Translations under genes and position numbers: made by a program
Origin: Elsinoe ampelina
Lineage: Eukaryota
DNA: 64,000 nt
Direction: 5' to 3'
Assembly: GCA_010093995.1 (NCBI GenBank)
Contig: ML992504.1
Location: 248,001-312,000, forward strand
Shown here: piece by piece, positions 60,097 through 64,000 of the stretch
Layout: each line of letters opens with the position of its first letter
How positions within the stretch are numbered: position 1 is the first letter of the stretch
The notes under the pieces: model-generated
Database searches by the model: none
What the model was told of the DNA's origin: nothing
What the model saw: only the letters and a program-made list of their open reading frames with translations

Positions 60097-63000
60097 TGTA
60101 ATCGATTACAACTAGCGCAGTAATAGAGTTTAGCGGTTGCCGTGAAGGAGGTGTGGATCGCTCTGGCTGGTGCTTAAGCCTCTAGAAGGCGGTAAGGCTG
60201 CTCGGCGGTAGAGGAGGTGTTGTTTGTAAGGCTGTAATATAGTTAGTATAGAGTAATTGCAATAGAGGAACTGTAACGGGAACTATAAACTCACAGCTAG
60301 CGGACAGACGTCAGAGATACGTTATTCTAGCTACGATCCTATACAGTATATATAGTAGTAGTTCCTAACCTTCTATAGAGAGGTTAGGAATTTGTCGTTG
60401 TATTTATATAGTGTATACTTCTCCTCTATCGCTCCTCTATCTTAGAGACATCGTACCTACCCTATCTAGATACTCTATTATAATTTAAATTCCTCCTAAA
60501 ACTATAGTTAAGATAGCCTAGGTTAATAGTCTTAACGTAGTTAGCTTAATAAAGGACTAATAGATTATCCGCTATAGACACTATATCTACTAGCTTAGTA
60601 GAAGCTACCTAATTAGAACCTATCCTCTCTAATATATTTAAGAAGAAGCTACGTGCCGCCTAAGAAGAGCTAGCTTAACTCCGCTAGAATAGAGAGTATA
60701 TAGAGATCTAGAGGGCTCTTATAATTAAGTATAAAGGACCCCTTCGGAAGAGAACCTATATTAATATATAGGAATAGTAAGAGGAGTCTAATAATAATAA
60801 TTAGTTATACTAAGATAGTATCTCTTAAGGAACCTCTAATTTAAATATCTCTCTAGAGATACTTCCTCTTTAGATTAACCTTAAGAAAGTATAAAAGCTA
60901 GAGGTACTAGAGAAACTAAAGAGGTATATATACCTCGCCGACGTAAAGGCGTTTATTTAATTATACTACGCTATCTTTAGGGTCTATAAGTATATCTATC
61001 TTACTAGTAGAGATCGAGCCTAGTTTATAGCTAGCTATCTAGATAGATCCCTCGCTACGATATAGGAGAGCTATATTAACGATATAGGACCTTAGGCTAA
61101 GAACTAGAGCTACTTTTAAGAATAGATTAAAGATTGTATTATAGATAAGAGTAACTAAGCTCTAAAATATATCTAACTATTCTATAATAGTGCTTAGAGG
61201 TCAAACTAATTAGTCGCTAAGTTTGCCTAATACCTTAAAAAGTGCACTAAGGAAATTAGTAACACTACTATAGATAAGGCTTAGTTTGTAAGCCGCCTTA
61301 TTAATAGCGTAAAGCCTATATATTAATAGAGCTATATAGCGCTCTAAGACTCTCTAAGGGGTAAAGATAAGGCTATCTCCTACTTTACCTATATTAAGAG
61401 TATATTTAGGAGCTAAGCTATCTCCGAGACAACGCGTATCTCTTGCTACTTCGTAGATAAGCTAAAGGAAGGTAACTAGAAATTCTAGAATAACAAAAAT
61501 AAGAAAAAAAGAAGGTTTAAAGACTCTATATCTAGGGTTAATATAACTCCGATACTCTATTACTCTAACCTCTTAGAGGTAAAGTACTATAGGTGTAAGT
61601 AACCTAGCTATATCTACTCTAACTACCCTTATAATAAGACAAAAAACTAAATACCCTAGCTATAGATCTCGCCTCTATATAGCTAGAAGTATCTAAAGGA
61701 GGTCCGCTACTAAGCTAACTAAGGATAGACATTTACCTTAGTTAGGAAGGTAAGGCTCTATCTACTAATTATATAGCTATATCTCTTATAGATTTAGAGG
61801 CTAACATTTATTTTATTAACTACTATTACGTAAAGGAGAAAGAAGTCTACCTACGTACTAATAGTATAATAAGGATAAAGTCCCTTAACTATTATAAGAT
61901 ACACTTATATAGATACTACTATCTTATAGTAGAAGCTACTAACTACTATAGCGTTATAAAGGAGATTTAATAGCGCTTCGAGTTAGTAGAGATAAAGGGA
62001 TACGACTTAGTACTAGGCTAGATATAGCTCTTTAGTATTAACCTAGACATCGATTAGTAAAGCTAGAGGTAGAGACATTGCCCTACTAGCGTTAATATAA
62101 CGCTCCTAATAGTAGAAGAATTTACTAAGGAAATGTTAGAGTAGCTATAGTACTATATAGTTTTCTTAAATATAATCTATAAAGATAATACTTTAACATT
62201 ATAGAGTAGGCTCCTAAGCTAGCTCTATAACTTCTTAGATATATTTAATAATAAGAAAGCTATTACTATACCTCCTCTAGCGCTATATAACTACTTAATC
62301 GAACTTATCGAAGAGAAGTAACCCCTATAGAGACCTATTTACGCCCTTATAGAGACGGAGCTAAGTGCTCTTAGAGAGTACCTAGCTAAGAATTTAAAGC
62401 TAGGCTATATTCGCTACTCTACTAGCTCTATAGAGGCTCCTATCCTCTTTATACCTAAGGCTAATAAGTCGCTACGTCTCTACGTCGACTACTAAGGTCT
62501 TAATAACGTCTTAGTAAAGAACTACTACCCTTTACCCCTTATTACTAAGATGCTCGATAGAATCTAGGGGGTAAAGGTATACTTAAAAATAGATCTTAGA
62601 GACGTATACTACTATATCTAGATTAAGGGGGGTAACGAATAGAAGATAGCGTTCCGATGTAGATATAGATATTTTAAATACATAGTTATATCTTTTAGCC
62701 TCGCGAATGCTTCTACTACCTTCTAGTTATATATTAGCTAATACCTCGATAGCTTAGTTAATTACTACTATATCGTCTATATAGATAATATTCTTATCTA
62801 CTCCTAAGATCCGTCGTAGTACTATAGGTACGTTAAAGAAGTTCTAGCGCAACTTAGGAAGTATCTTCTTTTTATAAAGGCTTCTAAGTACGCCTTTAAA
62901 GTTAAGAAAGTATAGTTTCTAGAATACGTTCTAGGCCCTAAGAGCGTCTCGATAGAGCTCTAGAAGGTTTAAGCTATCGTAGACTAGCTAGAACCTACTT

Positions 63001-64000
63001 CCCTAAAAGAACTCTAGATCTTTCTTAGATTTATAAACTTTTACTAATAGTTTATTAATAGCTATACGGAGATAATAAGACCTATAATATAACTACTTAT
63101 AGAGAGCAAAAATAGAAAACAGGTAGGTCCTTTCTACTTTACTAATAGTGCTAGGTAATTATTCTAATATCTTAAAGACTACTTTATAACTACTCCCCTC
63201 CTATAGTTTTTTAATAAAAGTAAGAACATAAGGATATATACTAACTCCTCTAGATTTACTATCTCTAGGATTACTATATAACTATTTAGTAACGGCGGAG
63301 AGAAGGTAGTCTAATAGTACTCTATTATATACTATTCGTAGAAACTATAGAGAGTAGAGTTAAACTAGCCTACGTATAACTAAGAGCTACTCGCTGTCCT
63401 TAAGGTAGCGCGCTACTAGTAGTAGTATCTCCTCTCTATTTCTTCTACTACTACTATATTTATAGATTATAATAACCTAAAATACTTCTTAATAACTAAG
63501 ACGCTCTTAGCTCGATAGGCCTACGTTAGCGAAGAGCTATTATAATATAATATCTAGATTACCTATAACTTAGAGAAGCTTAATTCTACCAACGGACTAT
63601 TAAGAAGACTAGACCTAGATACTAGAGACAAGTAAGCTAAGGTAGACTTATACCTATAGGTCCTAAGAGACTTATATAAGAGGCCGGAGAGACATCTCCT
63701 CCTTAACGCTATAATAGTAGCTAAGTAGGTTAAGTTAATCTAAGATATATAAGGTAAGATACTAGATATAAACTTAGTAGTTACCGAGGACTCCTCGCCG
63801 AGATAGCATAGCGAGGTAGAGTATACTAGGAGATCTAAAGATACCTAAGAGAGTGTTATAGCCTAAGGCGAGATACTAGATATAGACGCGGAAGCTAAGA
63901 TAGCTCCCTATAAGGGTAGAGATAGTAGGTCTACTCCCCTAGAGGTAAGTAGTTCCTTTTACTATTCCCTATAGATAACTATAGTAGAGAGATTATAGAG
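60097..64000 (+). mobile_element. Ty3/Gypsy element C, RIP-mutated, running off the window end
   Basis: Probable 5' LTR 60097-60482 (TGTAAT...ATTA[C>T]A). Zinc knuckle ~61582, RT APILFVPK..LRLCVDY ~62435-62495, YMDDIL ~62778, RNase H ~63235. Confidence 0.88.

Overview
Filamentous-ascomycete (Pezizomycotina-type) genomic DNA. Compact genes with short spliceosomal introns sit next to two AT-rich blocks heavily mutated by RIP (repeat-induced point mutation). Recognisable genes are a RING-CH ligase, AP-3 sigma, a protein kinase, frataxin, DPH3, two Zn2Cys6 factors, a mitochondrial RNase II (cyt-4/DSS1-like), the molybdopterin synthase small subunit, a GH125, a FYVE-RING protein, a FAM214/DUF4210 protein and an MFS transporter. 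The most notable protein-coding feature is a same-strand array of four divergent RBR (RING-IBR-RING) E3 ligases at 7470-18956. All four share one intron position but have different C-terminal tails, and one tail carries tandem SUMO-interacting-like motifs. A large secreted-protein gene interrupts the array. Bases 34655-49871 form a 15.2-kb unit bounded by 87-bp TIRs and a TA target duplication. It contains two nested RIP-destroyed Ty3/Gypsy elements and unexplained internal DNA. A third RIPed Gypsy starts near 60097 and runs off the window. All calls come from reading the sequence and recognising motifs by eye; no database search was run.
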